A stretch of 64,000 nucleotides of DNA from NCBI GenBank assembly GCA_964016885.1, contig OZ024745.1, positions 65,224,001-65,288,000 on the forward strand. Reading direction: 5' to 3'. Numbering within the stretch: the stretch's first letter is position 1; the number at the start of each line of letters is the position of its first letter. Below the pieces are notes generated by a model that was not told the origin of the DNA, did not search any database, and was given only the letters and a program-made list of their open reading frames with translations. Shown here piece after piece: positions 29,301 to 43,400 of this stretch. The DNA comes from Eledone cirrhosa. Taxonomy: Eukaryota. A program made the translations under genes and the position numbers.

Positions 29301-32040
29301 CATTTTTTATTTGGGTGATCCATTTTTATTTGGAGATCCATTTTTTATTTAGGTGATCCATTTTATAATTGGGTGATCCATTTTTTATTTGGGGGATCCA
29401 TTTTTTATTTGGAGGATCCATTATTTATTTGGGTGATCCATTTTTTATTTGGGTGATCCATTTTTTATTTGGGTGATCCATTTTTTATTTGGGTTGATCC
29501 CTTTTTTATTTGGGGGATCCATTTTTTATTTGGGTGATCCATTTTTTATTTTGGGGATCCATTTTTTATTTGGGTGATCCATTTTTTATTTGGGTGATCC
29601 ATTTTTTATTTGGGGGATCCATTTTTTATTTGGGTGATCCATTTTTTATTTGGGTGATCCATTTTTTATTTGAGGGACCCATTTTATATTTGGGTGATCC
29701 ATTTTTTATTTGGGTGATCCATTTTTTATTTGGGGGATTCATTTTTTATTTGGGGGATCCATTTTTTATTTGGGGGATCCATTTTTTATTTGGGGGATCC
29801 ATTTTTTATTTCGGGGATCCATTTTTTATTTGGGTGATTCATTTTTTATTTGGGGGATCCATTTTTTATTTGGGTGATCCATTTTTTTTATTTGGGGGTC
29901 CATTTTTTATTTGGGTGATCCATTTTTTATTTGGGTGATTCATTTTTTAATTGGGTGATCCATTTTTATTTGGGTGATCCATTTTTTACTTGGGGGATCC
30001 ATTTTTTATTTGGGTGATCCATTTTTTATTTTGCTGATTCATTTTTTATTTGGGTGATCCATTTTTTATTTGGAGGATCCATTTTTTATTTGGGTGAACC
30101 ATTTTTTATTTGGGGGATCCATTTTTTATTTGGGTGATCCATTTTTTATTTGGGTGATCCATTTTTTATTTGGGGGATCCATGTTTTATTTGGGTGATCC
30201 ATTTTTTATTTGGGTGATCCATTTTTTATTTGGGGGATCCATTTTTTATTTGGGGGATCCATTTTTTATTTGAGTGATCCATTTTTATTTGGAGATCCAT
30301 TTTGTATTTGGGTGATCCATTTTGTATTTGGGGGATCCATTTTTTAATTGGGTGATCCATTTTTTATTTGGGGGATCCATTTTTTATTTGGGGGATCCAT
30401 TTTTTATTTGGGGGATCCATTGTTTATTTGGGTGATCCATTTTTTATTTGGGTGATCCATTTTTTATTTGGGGGATCCATTTTTTATTTGGGGGATCCAT
30501 TTTTTATTTGGGTGATCCATTTTTTATTTGGGTGATCCATTTTTTATTTGGGGGATCCATTTTTTATTTGGGGGATCCATTTTTTATTTGGTTGATCCAT
30601 TTTTTATTAGGGGGATCCATATTTTATTTGGGTGATCCATTTTAATTTGGAGATCCATTTTTTGTTTAGGTGATCCATTTTATAATTGGGTGATCCATTT
30701 TTTATTTGGGGGATCCATTTTTTATTTGGGGGATCCATTATTTATTTGGGTGATGCATTTTTTATTTGGGTGATCCATTTTTTATTTGGGTGATCCATTT
30801 TTTATTTGGGGGATCCATTTTTTATTTGGGTGATCCATTTTTTATTTGGGTGATCCATTTTTTATTTTGCTGATTCATTTTTTATTTGGGTGATCCATTT
30901 TTTATTTGGGGGATCCATTTTTTATTTGGGTGAACCATTTTTTATTTGGGAGATCCATTTTTTATTTGGGTGATCCATTTTTTATTTGGGTGATCCATTT
31001 TTTATTTGGGGGATCCATTTTTTATTTGGGTGATCCATTTTTTATTTGGGTGATCCATTTTTTATTTGGGGGATCCATTTTTTATTTGGGGGATCCATTT
31101 TTTATTTGGGTGATCCATTTTTATTTGGAGATCCATTTTGTATTTGGGTGATCCATTTTTTAATTGGGTGATCCATTTTTTATTTGGGTGATCCATTTTT
31201 TATTTGGGTGGTCCATTTTTTATTTGGGTGATCCATTTTTTATTTGGGGGATCCATTTTTTATTTGGGTGATCTATTTTTTATTTGGGGATCCATTTTTT
31301 ATTTGGGTGATCCATTTTTTATTTGGGTGATCCATTTTTTATTTGGGGGATCCATTTTTTATTTGGGTGATCCATTTTTTATTTGGGGGGGTCCATTTTT
31401 TATTTGGGGGATCCATTTTTATTTGGGTGATCCATTTTTTATTTGGGGGATCCATTTTTTATTTGGGTGATCCCTTTTTTATTTGGGGGATCCATTTTTT
31501 ATTTGGGTGATCCATTTTTTATTTGGGGGATCCATTTTTTATTTGGGGGATTCATTTTTTATTTGGGTGATCCATTTTTTATTAGGGGGATCCATTTTTT
31601 ATTTGGGTGATCCATTTTTATTTGGAGATCCATTTTTTATTTAGGTGATCCATTTTATAATTGGGTGATCCATTTTTTATTTGGGGGATCCATTTTTTAT
31701 TTGGGGGATCCATTATTTATTTGGGTGATCCATTTTTTATTTGGGTGATCCATTTTTTATTTGGGTGATCCATTTTTTATTTGGGTGATCCATTTTTTAT
31801 TTGGGTGATCCATTTTTTATTTGGGGGATCCATTTTTTATTTGGGTGATCCATTTTTTATTTGGGGGATCCATTTTTTATTTGGGTGATCCATTTTTTAT
31901 TTGGGGGATCCATTTTTTATTTCGGGGATCCATTTTTTATTTGGGTGACTCATTTTTTATTTGGGGGATCCATTATTTATTTTGGGTGATCCATTTTTTA
32001 TTAGGGGGATCCATTTTTTATTTGGGTGATCCATTTTTAT
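24600..32040 (+). repeat. Tandem block duplication, period 3787 bp, overlapping the 4.5-kb duplication
   Basis: ORF entries 24686 to 28034 recur at 28473 to 31821 (+3787). Shared variants: TCCAATTTTTTATATGGG (24714 and 28501), GATCTATT (27483 and 31270), TTGAGTGAT (~26483 and ~30270). Confidence 0.88.
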
Positions 32041-33949
32041 TTGTAGATCCATTTTTTATTTGGGTGATCCATTTTTTAATTGGATGATCCATTTTTTATT
32101 TGGGGGATCCATTTTTTATTTGGGGGATCCATTATTTATTTGGGTGATCCATTTTTTATTTGGGTGATCCATTTTTTATTCGGGGGATCCATTTTTTATT
32201 TGGGTGATCCATTTTTTATTTGGGTGATCCATTTTTTAATTGGGGATCCATTTTTTATTTAGTTGATCCATTTTTTAATTGGGTGATACATTTTTTATAT
32301 GGGGGATCCATTTTTTATTTGGGGGATCCATTTTTTATTTGGGGGATCCATTGTTTATTTGGGTGATCCATTTTTTATTTGGGTGATCCATTTTTTATTT
32401 GGGGGATCCATTTTGTATTTGGGTGATCCATTTTTTATTTGGGTGATCCATTTTTTATTTGGGTGATCCATTTTTTATTTGTGGGATCCATTTTTTATTT
32501 GGGTGATCCATTTTTTATTTGGGGGATCCTTTTTTTATTTGGGTGATCCATTTTTTATTTGGGTGATCCATTTTTTATTTGGGGGATCCATTTTTTATTT
32601 GGGTGATCCATTTTTTATTTGGGTGATCCATTTTTTATTTGGGGGATCCATTTTTTATTTGGGTGATCCATTTTTTATTTGGGGGATCCATTTTTTATTT
32701 GGGGGATCCATTTTTTATTTGGGTGATCCATTTTTTATATGGGTGATCCATTTTTTATTTGGGGGGATCCATTTTTAATTTGGGTGATCCATTTTTTATT
32801 TGGGGGATCCATTTTTTATTTGGGTGATCCATATTTTATTTGGGGGATCCATTTTTTATTTGGGTGATCCATTTTTTATTTGGGTGATCCATTTTTTAAT
32901 TGGGTGATCCATTTTTTATTTGGGGGATCCATTTTTTATTTGGGTGATCCATTTTTTAGTTGGGTGGTCCATTTTTTATTTGGGTGATCCATTTTTTATT
33001 TGGGGGATCCATTTTTTATTTGGGTGATCCATTTTTTATTTGGGGATCCATTTTTTATTTGGGTGATCCATTTTTTATTTGGGTGATCCATTTTTTATTT
33101 GGGGGATCCATTTTTTATTTGGGTGATTCATTTTTTATTTGGGGGGTCCATTTTTTATTTGGGGGATCCATTTTTATTTGGGTGATCCATTTTTTATTTG
33201 GGGGATCCATTTTTTATTTGGGTGATCCATTTTTTATTTGGGTTGATCCCTTTTTTATTTGGGGGATCCATTTTTTATTTGGGTGATCCATTTTTTATTT
33301 GGGGGATCCATTTTTTATTTGGGTGATCCATTTTTTATTTGAGGGATCCATTTTATATTTGGGTGATCCATTTTTTATTTGGGGGATCCATTATTTATTT
33401 GGGTGATCCATTTTTTATTTGGGTGATCCATTTTTTATTTGGGTGATCCATTTTTTATTTGAGGGATCCATTTTATATTTGGGTGATCCATTTTTTATTT
33501 GGGGGATCCATTATTTATTTGGGTGATCCATTTTTTATTTGGGTGATCCATTTTTTATTTGGGTGATCCATTTTTTATTTGGGTGATACATTTTTTATTT
33601 GGGGGATCCATTTTTTATTTGGGTGATCCATTTTTTATTTGGGTGATCCATTTTTTATTTGAGGGATCCATTTTATATTTGGGTGATCCATTTTTTATTT
33701 GGGTGATCCATTTTTTATTTGGGGGATCCATTTTTTATTTGGGGGATCCATTTTTTATTTGGGGGATCCATTTTTTATTTGGGGGATCCATTTTTTATTT
33801 CGGGGATCCATTTTTTATTTGGGTGATTCATTTTTTATTTGGGGGATCCATTTTTTATTTGGGTGATCCATTTTTTTAATTTGGGGGTCCATTTTTTATT
33901 TGGGTGATCCATTTTTTATTTGGGTGATCCATTTTTTAATTGGGTGATC

Positions 33950-36900
33950 CATTTTTATTTGGGTGATCCATTTTTTACTTGGGGGATCCATTTTTTATTT
34001 GGGTGATCCATTTTTTATTTTGCTGATTCATTTTTTATTTGGGTGATCCATTTTTTATTTGGGGGATCCATTTTTTATTTGGGTGAACCATTTTTTATTT
34101 GGGGGATCCATTTTTTATTTGGGTGATCCATTTTTTATTTGGGTGATCCATTTTTTATTTGGGGGATCCATTTTTTATTTGGGTGATCCATTTTTTATTT
34201 GGGTGATCCATTTTTTATTTGGGTGATCCATTTTTTATTTGGGGGATCCATTTTTTATTTGGGGGATCCATTTTTTATTTGGGTGATCCATTTTTATTTG
34301 GAGATCCATTTTGTATTTGGGAGATCCATTTTTTAATTGGGTGATCCATTTTTTATTTGGGTGATCCATTTTTTATTTGGGGGATCCATTTTTTATTTGG
34401 GTGATCCATTTTTTATTTGGGTGGTCCATTTTTTATTTGGGTGATCCATTTTTTATTTGGGGGATCCATTTTTTATTTGGGTGATCCATTTTTTATTTGG
34501 GGATCCATTTTTTATTTGGGTGATCCATTTTTTATTTGGGTGATCCATTTTTTATTTGGGGGATACATTTTTTATTTGGGTGATCCATTTTTTATTTGGG
34601 GGGTCCATTTTTTATTTGGGGGATCCATTTTTATTTGGGTGATCCATTTTTTATTTGGGGGATCAATTTTTTATTTGGGTGATCCCTTTTTTATTTGGGG
34701 GATCCATTTTTTATTTGGGTGATCCATTTTTTATTTGGGGGATCCATTTTTTATTTGGGGGATTCATTTTTTATTTGGGTGATCCATTTTTTATTAGGGG
34801 GATCCATTTTTTATTTGGGTGATCCATTTTTATTTGGAGATCCATTTTTTATTTAGGTGATCCATTTTATAATTGGGTGATCCATTTTTTATTTGGGGGA
34901 TCCATTTTTTATTTGGAGGATCCATTATTTATTTGGGTGATCCATTTTTTATTTGGGTGATCCATTTTTTATTTGGGTGATCCATTTTTTATTTGGGTTG
35001 ATCCCTTTTTTATTTGGGGGATCCATTTTTTATTTGGGTGATCCATTTTTTATTTTGGGGATCCATTTTTTATTTGGGTGATCCATTTTTTATTTGGGTG
35101 ATCCATTTTTTATTTGGGGGATCCATTTTTTATTTGGGTGATCCATTTTTTATTTGGGTGATCCATTTTTTATTTGAGGGACCCATTTTATATTTGGGTG
35201 ATCCATTTTTTATTTGGGTGATCCATTTTTTATTTGGGGGATTCATTTTTTATTTGGGGGATCCATTTTTTATTTGGGGGATCCATTTTTTATTTGGGGG
35301 ATCCATTTTTTATTTCGGGGATCCATTTTTTATTTGGGTGATTCATTTTTTATTTGGGGGATCCATTTTTTATTTGGGTGATCCATTTTTTTTATTTGGG
35401 GGTCCATTTTTTATTTGGGTGATCCATTTTTTATTTGGGTGATCCATTTTTTAATTGGGTGATCCATTTTTATTTGGGTGATCCATTTTTTACTTGGGGG
35501 ATCCATTTTTTATTTGGGTGATCCATTTTTTATTTTGCTGATTCATTTTTTATTTGGGTGATCCATTTTTTATTTGGAGGATCCATTTTTTATTTGGGTG
35601 AACCATTTTTTATTTGGGGGATCCATTTTTTATTTGAATGATCCATTTTTTATTTGGGTGATCCATTTTTTATTTGGGGGATCCATGTTTTATTTGGGTG
35701 ATCCATTTTTTATTTGGGTGATCCATTTTTTATTTGGGGGATCCATTTTTTATTTGGGGGATCCATTTTTTATTTGGGTGATCCATTTTTATTTGGAGAT
35801 CCATTTTGTATTTGGGTGATCCATTTTGTATTTGGGGGATCCATTTTTTAATTGGGTGATCCATTTTTTATTTGGGGGATCCATTTTTTATTTGGGGGAT
35901 CCATTTTTTATTTGGGGGATCCATTGTTTATTTGGGTGATCCATTTTTTATTTGGGTGATCCATTTTTTATTTGGGGGATCCATTTTTTATTTGGGGGAT
36001 CCATTTTTTATTTGGGTGATCCATTTTTTATTTGGGTGATCCATTTTTTATTTGTGGGATCCATTTTTTATTTGGGTGATCCATTTTTTATTTGGGGGAT
36101 CCTTTTTTTATTTGGGTGATCCATTTTTTATTTGGGTGATCCATTTTTTATTTGGGGGATCCATTTTTTATTTGGGTGATCCATTTTTTATTTGGGTGAT
36201 ACATTTTTTATTTGGGGGATCCATTTTTTATTTGGGTGATCCATTTTTTATTTGGGGGATCCATTTTTTATTTGGGGGATCCATCTTTTATTTGGGTGAT
36301 CCATTTTTTTTTTGGGTGATCCATTTTTTATTTGGGGGGATCCATTTTTTATTTGGGTGATCCATTTTTTATTTGGGGGATCCATTTTTTATTTGGGTGA
36401 TCCATTTTTTATTTGGGGGATCCATTTTTTATTTGGGTGATCCATTTTTTATTTGGGTGATCCATTTTTTAATTGGGTGATCCATTTTTTATTTGGGGGA
36501 TCCATTTTTTATTTGGGTGATCCATTTTTTAGTTGGGTGGTCCATTTTTTATTTGGGTGATCCATTTTTTTATTTGGGGGATCCATTTTTTATTTGGGTG
36601 ATCCATTTTTTATTTGGGGATCCATTTTTTATTTGGGTGATCCATTTTTTATTTGGGTGATCCATTTTTTATTTGGGGGATTCATTTTTTATTTGGGTGA
36701 TTCATTTTTTATTTGGGGGGTCCATTTTTTATTTGGGGGATCCATTTTTATTTGGGTGATCCATTTTTTATTTGGGGGATCCATTTTTTATTTGGGTGAT
36801 CCATTTTTTATTTGGGTTGATCCCTTTTTTATTTGGGGGATCCATTTTTTATTTGGGTGATCCATTTTTCATTTGGAGGATCCACTTTTTATTTGGGTGA

Positions 36901-39900
36901 TCCATTTTTTATTTGAGGGATCCATTTTATATTTGGGTGATCCATTTTTTATTTGGGGGATCCATTATTTATTTGGGTGATCCATTTTTTATTTGGGTGA
37001 TCCATTTTTTATTTGAGGGATCCATTTTATATTTGGGTGATCCATTTTTTATTTGGGTGATCCATTTTTTATTTGGGGGATCCATTTTTTATTTGGGGGA
37101 TCCATTTTTTATTTGGGGGATCCATTTTTTATTTGGGGGATCCATTTTTTATTTCGGGGATCCATTTTTTATTTGGGTGATTCATTTTTTATTTGGGGGA
37201 TCCATTTTTTATTTGGGTGATCCATTTTTTTTATTTGGGCGTCCATTTTTTATTTGGGTGATCCATTTTTTATTTGGGTGATCCATTTTTTAATTGGGTG
37301 ATCCATCTTTATTTGGGTGATCCATTTTTTACTTGGGGGATCCATTTTTTATTTGGGTGATCCATTTTTTATTTTGATGATTCATTTTTTATTTGGGTGA
37401 TCCATTTTTTATTTGGGGGATCCATTTTTTATTTGGGTGAACCATTTTTTATTTGGGGGATCCATCTTTTATTTGGGTGATCCATTTTTTATTTGGGTGA
37501 TCCATTTTTTATTTGGGGGATCCATTTTTTATTTGGGTGATCCATTTTTTATTTGGGTGATCCATTTTTTACTTGGGGGATCCATTTTTTATTTGGGTGA
37601 TCCATTTTTTATTTTGCTGATTCATTTTTTATTTGGGTGATCCATTTTTTATTTGGGGGATCCATTTTTTATTTGGGTGAACCATTTTTTATTTGGGGGA
37701 TCCATTTTTTATTTGGGTGATCCATTTTTTATTTGGGTGATCCATTTTTTATTTGGGGGATCCATTTTTTATTTGGGTGATCCATTTTTTATTTGGGTGA
37801 TCCATTTTTTATTTGGGTGATCCATTTTTTATTTGGGGGATCCATTTTTTATTTGGGGGATCCATTTTTTATTTGGGTGATCCATTTTTATTTGGAGATC
37901 CATTTTGTATTTGGGAGATCCATTTTTTAATTGGGTGATCCATTTTTTATTTGGGTGATCCATTTTTTATTTGGGGGATCCATTTTTTATTTGGGTGATC
38001 CATTTTTTATTTGGGTGGTCCATTTTTTATTTGGGTGATCCATTTTTTATTTGGGGGATCCATTTTTTATTTGGGTGATCCATTTTTTATTTGGGGATCC
38101 ATTTTTTATTTGGGTGATCCATTTTTTATTTGGGTGATCCATTTTTTATTTGGGGGATACATTTTTTATTTGGGTGATCCATTTTTTATTTGGGGGGTCC
38201 ATTTTTTATTTGGGGGATCCATTTTTATTTGGGTGATCCATTTTTTATTTGGGGGATCAATTTTTTATTTGGGTGATCCCTTTTTTATTTGGGGGATCCA
38301 TTTTTTATTTGGGTGATCCATTTTTTATTTGGGGGATCCATTTTTTATTTGGGGGATTCATTTTTTATTTGGGTGATCCATTTTTTATTAGGGGGATCCA
38401 TTTTTTATTTGGGTGATCCATTTTTATTTGGAGATCCATTTTTTATTTAGGTGATCCATTTTATAATTGGGTGATCCATTTTTTATTTGGGGGATCCATT
38501 TTTTATTTGGAGGATCCATTATTTATTTGGGTGATCCATTTTTTATTTGGGTGATCCATTTTTTATTTGGGTGATCCATTTTTTATTTGGGTTGATCCCT
38601 TTTTTATTTGGGGGATCCATTTTTTATTTGGGTGATCCATTTTTTATTTTGGGGATCCATTTTTTATTTGGGTGATCCATTTTTTATTTGGGTGATCCAT
38701 TTTTTATTTGGGGGATCCATTTTTTATTTGGGTGATCCATTTTTTATTTGGGTGATCCATTTTTTATTTGAGGGACCCATTTTATATTTGGGTGATCCAT
38801 TTTTTATTTGGGTGATCCATTTTTTATTTGGGGGATTCATTTTTTATTTGGGGGATCCATTTTTTATTTGGGGGATCCATTTTTTATTTGGGGGATCCAT
38901 TTTTTATTTCGGGGATCCATTTTTTATTTGGGTGATTCATTTTTTATTTGGGGGATCCATTTTTTATTTGGGTGATCCATTTTTTTTATTTGGGGGTCCA
39001 TTTTTTATTTGGGTGATCCATTTTTTATTTGGGTGATCCATTTTTTAATTGGGTGATCCATTTTTATTTGGGTGATCCATTTTTTACTTGGGGGATCCAT
39101 TTTTTATTTGGGTGATCCATTTTTTATTTTGCTGATTCATTTTTTATTTGGGTGATCCATTTTTTATTTGGAGGATCCATTTTTTATTTGGGTGAACCAT
39201 TTTTTATTTGGGGGATCCATTTTTTATTTGAATGATCCATTTTTTATTTGGGTGATCCATTTTTTATTTGGGGGATCCATGTTTTATTTGGGTGATCCAT
39301 TTTTTATTTGGGTGATCCATTTTTTATTTGGGGGATCCATTTTTTATTTGGGGGATCCATTTTTTATTTGGGTGATCCATTTTTATTTGGAGATCCATTT
39401 TGTATTTGGGTGATCCATTTTGTATTTGGGGGATCCATTTTTTAATTGGGTGATCCATTTTTTATTTGGGGGATCCATTTTTTATTTGGGGGATCCATTT
39501 TTTATTTGGGGGATCCATTGTTTATTTGGGTGATCCATTTTTTATTTGGGTGATCCATTTTTTATTTGGGGGATCCATTTTTTATTTGGGGGATCCATTT
39601 TTTATTTGGGTGATCCATTTTTTATTTGGGTGATCCATTTTTTATTTGTGGGATCCATTTTTTATTTGGGTGATCCATTTTTTATTTGGGGGATCCTTTT
39701 TTTATTTGGGTGATCCATTTTTTATTTGGGTGATCCATTTTTTATTTGGGGGATCCATTTTTTATTTGGGTGATCCATTTTTTATTTGGGTGATACATTT
39801 TTTATTTGGGGGATCCATTTTTTATTTGGGTGATCCATTTTTTATTTGGGGGATCCATTTTTTATTTGGGGGATCCATCTTTTATTTGGGTGATCCATTT

Positions 39901-41160
39901 TTTTTTTGGGTGATCCATTTTTTATTTGGGGGGATCCATTTTTTATTTGGGTGATCCATTTTTTATTTGGGGGATCCATTTTTTATTTGGGTGATCCATT
40001 TTTTATTTGGGGGATCCATTTTTTATTTGGGTGATCCATTTTTTATTTGGGTGATCCATTTTTTAATTGGGTGATCCATTTTTTATTTGGGGGATCCATT
40101 TTTTATTTGGGTGATCCATTTTTTAGTTGGGTGGTCCATTTTTTATTTGGGTGATCCATTTTTTTATTTGGGGGATCCATTTTTTATTTGGGTGATCCAT
40201 TTTTTATTTGGGGATCCATTTTTTATTTGGGTGATCCATTTTTTATTTGGGTGATCCATTTTTTATTTGGGGGATTCATTTTTTATTTGGGTGATTCATT
40301 TTTTATTTGGGGGGTCCATTTTTTATTTGGGGGATCCATTTTTATTTGGGTGATCCATTTTTTATTTGGGGGATCCATTTTTTATTTGGGTGATCCATTT
40401 TTTATTTGGGTTGATCCCTTTTTTATTTGGGGGATCCATTTTTTATTTGGGTGATCCATTTTTCATTTGGAGGATCCACTTTTTATTTGGGTGATCCATT
40501 TTTTATTTGAGGGATCCATTTTATATTTGGGTGATCCATTTTTTATTTGGGGGATCCATTATTTATTTGGGTGATCCATTTTTTATTTGGGTGATCCATT
40601 TTTTATTTGAGGGATCCATTTTATATTTGGGTGATCCATTTTTTATTTGGGTGATCCATTTTTTATTTGGGGGATCCATTTTTTATTTGGGGGATCCATT
40701 TTTTATTTGGGGGATCCATTTTTTATTTGGGGGATCCATTTTTTATTTCGGGGATCCATTTTTTATTTGGGTGATTCATTTTTTATTTGGGGGATCCATT
40801 TTTTATTTGGGTGATCCATTTTTTTTATTTGGGCGTCCATTTTTTATTTGGGTGATCCATTTTTTATTTGGGTGATCCATTTTTTAATTGGGTGATCCAT
40901 CTTTATTTGGGTGATCCATTTTTTACTTGGGGGATCCATTTTTTATTTGGGTGATCCATTTTTTATTTTGATGATTCATTTTTTATTTGGGTGATCCATT
41001 TTTTATTTGGGGGATCCATTTTTTATTTGGGTGAACCATTTTTTATTTGGGGGATCCATCTTTTATTTGGGTGATCCATTTTTTATTTGGGTGATCCATT
41101 TTTTATTTGGGGGATCCATTTTTTATTTGGGTGATCCATTTTTTATTTGGGTGATCCATT
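33950..41160 (+). repeat. Tandem block duplication, period 3594 bp
   Basis: ORF entries 34417 to 37413 recur at 38011 to 41007 (+3594). Shared private variants: GAATGATCC (35636 and 39230), GGAGGATCCACTTTT (36875 and 40469), GGGCGTCC (37237 and 40831). Confidence 0.92.
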
Positions 41161-41519
41161 TTTTATTTGGGGGATCCATTTTTTATTTGGGGGATCCATT
41201 TTTTATTTGGGTGATCCATTTTTATTTGGAGATCCATTTTGTATTTGGGTGATCCATTTTTTAATTGGGTGATCCATTTTTTATTTGGGTGATCCATTTT
41301 TTATTTGGGGGATCCATTTTTTATTTGGGTGATCCATTTTTTATTTGGGTGGTCCATTTTTATTTGGGTGATCCATTTTTTATTTGGGGGATCCATTTTT
41401 TATTTGGGTGATCCATTTTTTATTTGGGGATCCATTTTTTATTTGGGTGATCCATTTTTTATTTGGGTGATCCATTTTTTATTTGGGGGATACATTTTTT
41501 ATTTGGGTGATCCATTTTT

Positions 41520-43400
41520 TATTTGGGGGGTCCATTTTTTATTTGGGGGATCCATTTTTTATTTGGGTGATCAATTTTTTAATTGGGTGATCCATTTTTT
41601 ATTTGGGGGATCCATTATTTATTTGGGTGATCCATTTTTTAGTTGGGTGGTCCATTTTTTATTTGGGTGATCCATCTTTTATTTGGGGGATCCATTTTTT
41701 ATTTGGGTGATCCATTTTTTATTTGGGGATCCATTTTTTTTTTGGGTGATCCATTTTTTATTTGGGTGATCCATTTTTTATTTGGGGGATCCATTTTTTA
41801 TTTGGGTGATCCATTTTTTATTTGGGGATCCATTTTTTATTTGGGTGATCCATTTTTTATTTGGGTGATCCATTTTTTATTTGGGGGATCCATTTTTTAC
41901 TTGGGTGATCCATTTTTTATTTGGGGGTCCATTTTTTATTTGGGGGATCCATTTTTATTTGGGTGATCCATTTTTTATTTGGGGGTTCCATTTTTTATTT
42001 GGGTGATCCATTTTTTATTTGGGTTGATCCCTTTTTTATTTGGGGGATCCATTTTTTATTTGGGTGATCCATTTTTTATTTGGGGGATCCATTTTTTATT
42101 TGGGGTATCCATTTTTTATTTGGTTGATCCATTTTTTATTAGGGGGATCCATTTTTTATTTGGGTGATCCATTTTAATTTGGAGATCCATTTTTTGTTTA
42201 GGTGATCCATTTTATAATTGGGTGATCCATTTTTTATATGGGGGATCCATTTTTTATTTGGGGGATCCATTATTTATTTGGGTGATCCATTTTTTATTTG
42301 GGTGATCCATTTTTTATTTGGGTGATCCATTTTTTATTTGGGTGATCCATTTTTTATTTGGGTGATCCATTTTTTATTTGGGGGATCCATTTTTTATTTG
42401 GGTGATCCATTTTTTATTTGGGTGATCCATTTTTTATTTGGGGGGGTCCATTTTTTATTTGGGGGATCCATTTTTTATTTGGGTGATCAATTTTTTAATT
42501 GGGTGATCCATTTTTTATTTGGGGGATCCATTATTTATTTGGGTGATCCATTTTTTAGTTGGGTGGTCCATTTTTTATTTGGGTGATCCATTTTTTATTT
42601 GGGGGATCCATTTTTTATTTGGGTGATCCATTTTTTATTTGGGGAACCATTTTTTATTTGGGTGATCCATTTTTTATTTGGGTGATCCATTTTTTATTTG
42701 GGGGATCCATTTTTTATTTGGGTGATCCATTTTTTATTTGGGGATCCATTTTTTATTTGGGTGATCCATTTTTTATTTGGGTGATCCATTTTTTATTTGG
42801 GGGATCCATTTTTTATTTGGGTGATCCATTTTTTATTTGGGGGTCCATTTTTTATCTGGGGGATCCATTTTTATTTGGGTGATCCATTTTTTATTTGGGG
42901 GATCCATTTTTTATTTGGGTGATCCATTTTTTATTTGGGTTGATCCCTTTTTTCTTTGGGGGATCCATTTTTTATTTGGGTGATCCATTTTTTATTTGGG
43001 GGATCCATTTTTTATTTGGGGTATCCATTTTTTATTTGGGGGATCCATTTTTTATTTGGGGTATCCATTTTTTATTTGGTTGATCCATTTTTTATTAGGG
43101 GGATCCATTTTTTATTTGGGTGATCCATTTTAATTTGGAGATCCATTTTTTGTTTAGGTGATCCATTTTATAATTGGGTGATCCATTTTTTATTTGGGGG
43201 ATCCATTTTTTATTTGGGGGATCCATTATTTATTTGGGTGATCCATTTTTTATTTGGGTGATCCATTTTTTATTTGGGTGATCCATTTTTTATTTGGGTG
43301 ATCCATTTTTTATTTGGGTGATCCATTTTTTATTTGGGGGATCCATTTTTTATTTGGGTGATCCATTTTTTATTTGGGTGATCCATTTTTTATTTGAGGG
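41520..43400 (+). repeat. Tandem block duplication, period 916 bp, with a third related copy at +3408 bp
   Basis: ORF entries 41643/41979 recur at 42559/42895 (+916) and 45051/45387 (+3408). Marker GATCAATTTTTTAATT occurs at 41569, 42485 and 44977. The copies differ by several substitutions. Confidence 0.8.
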
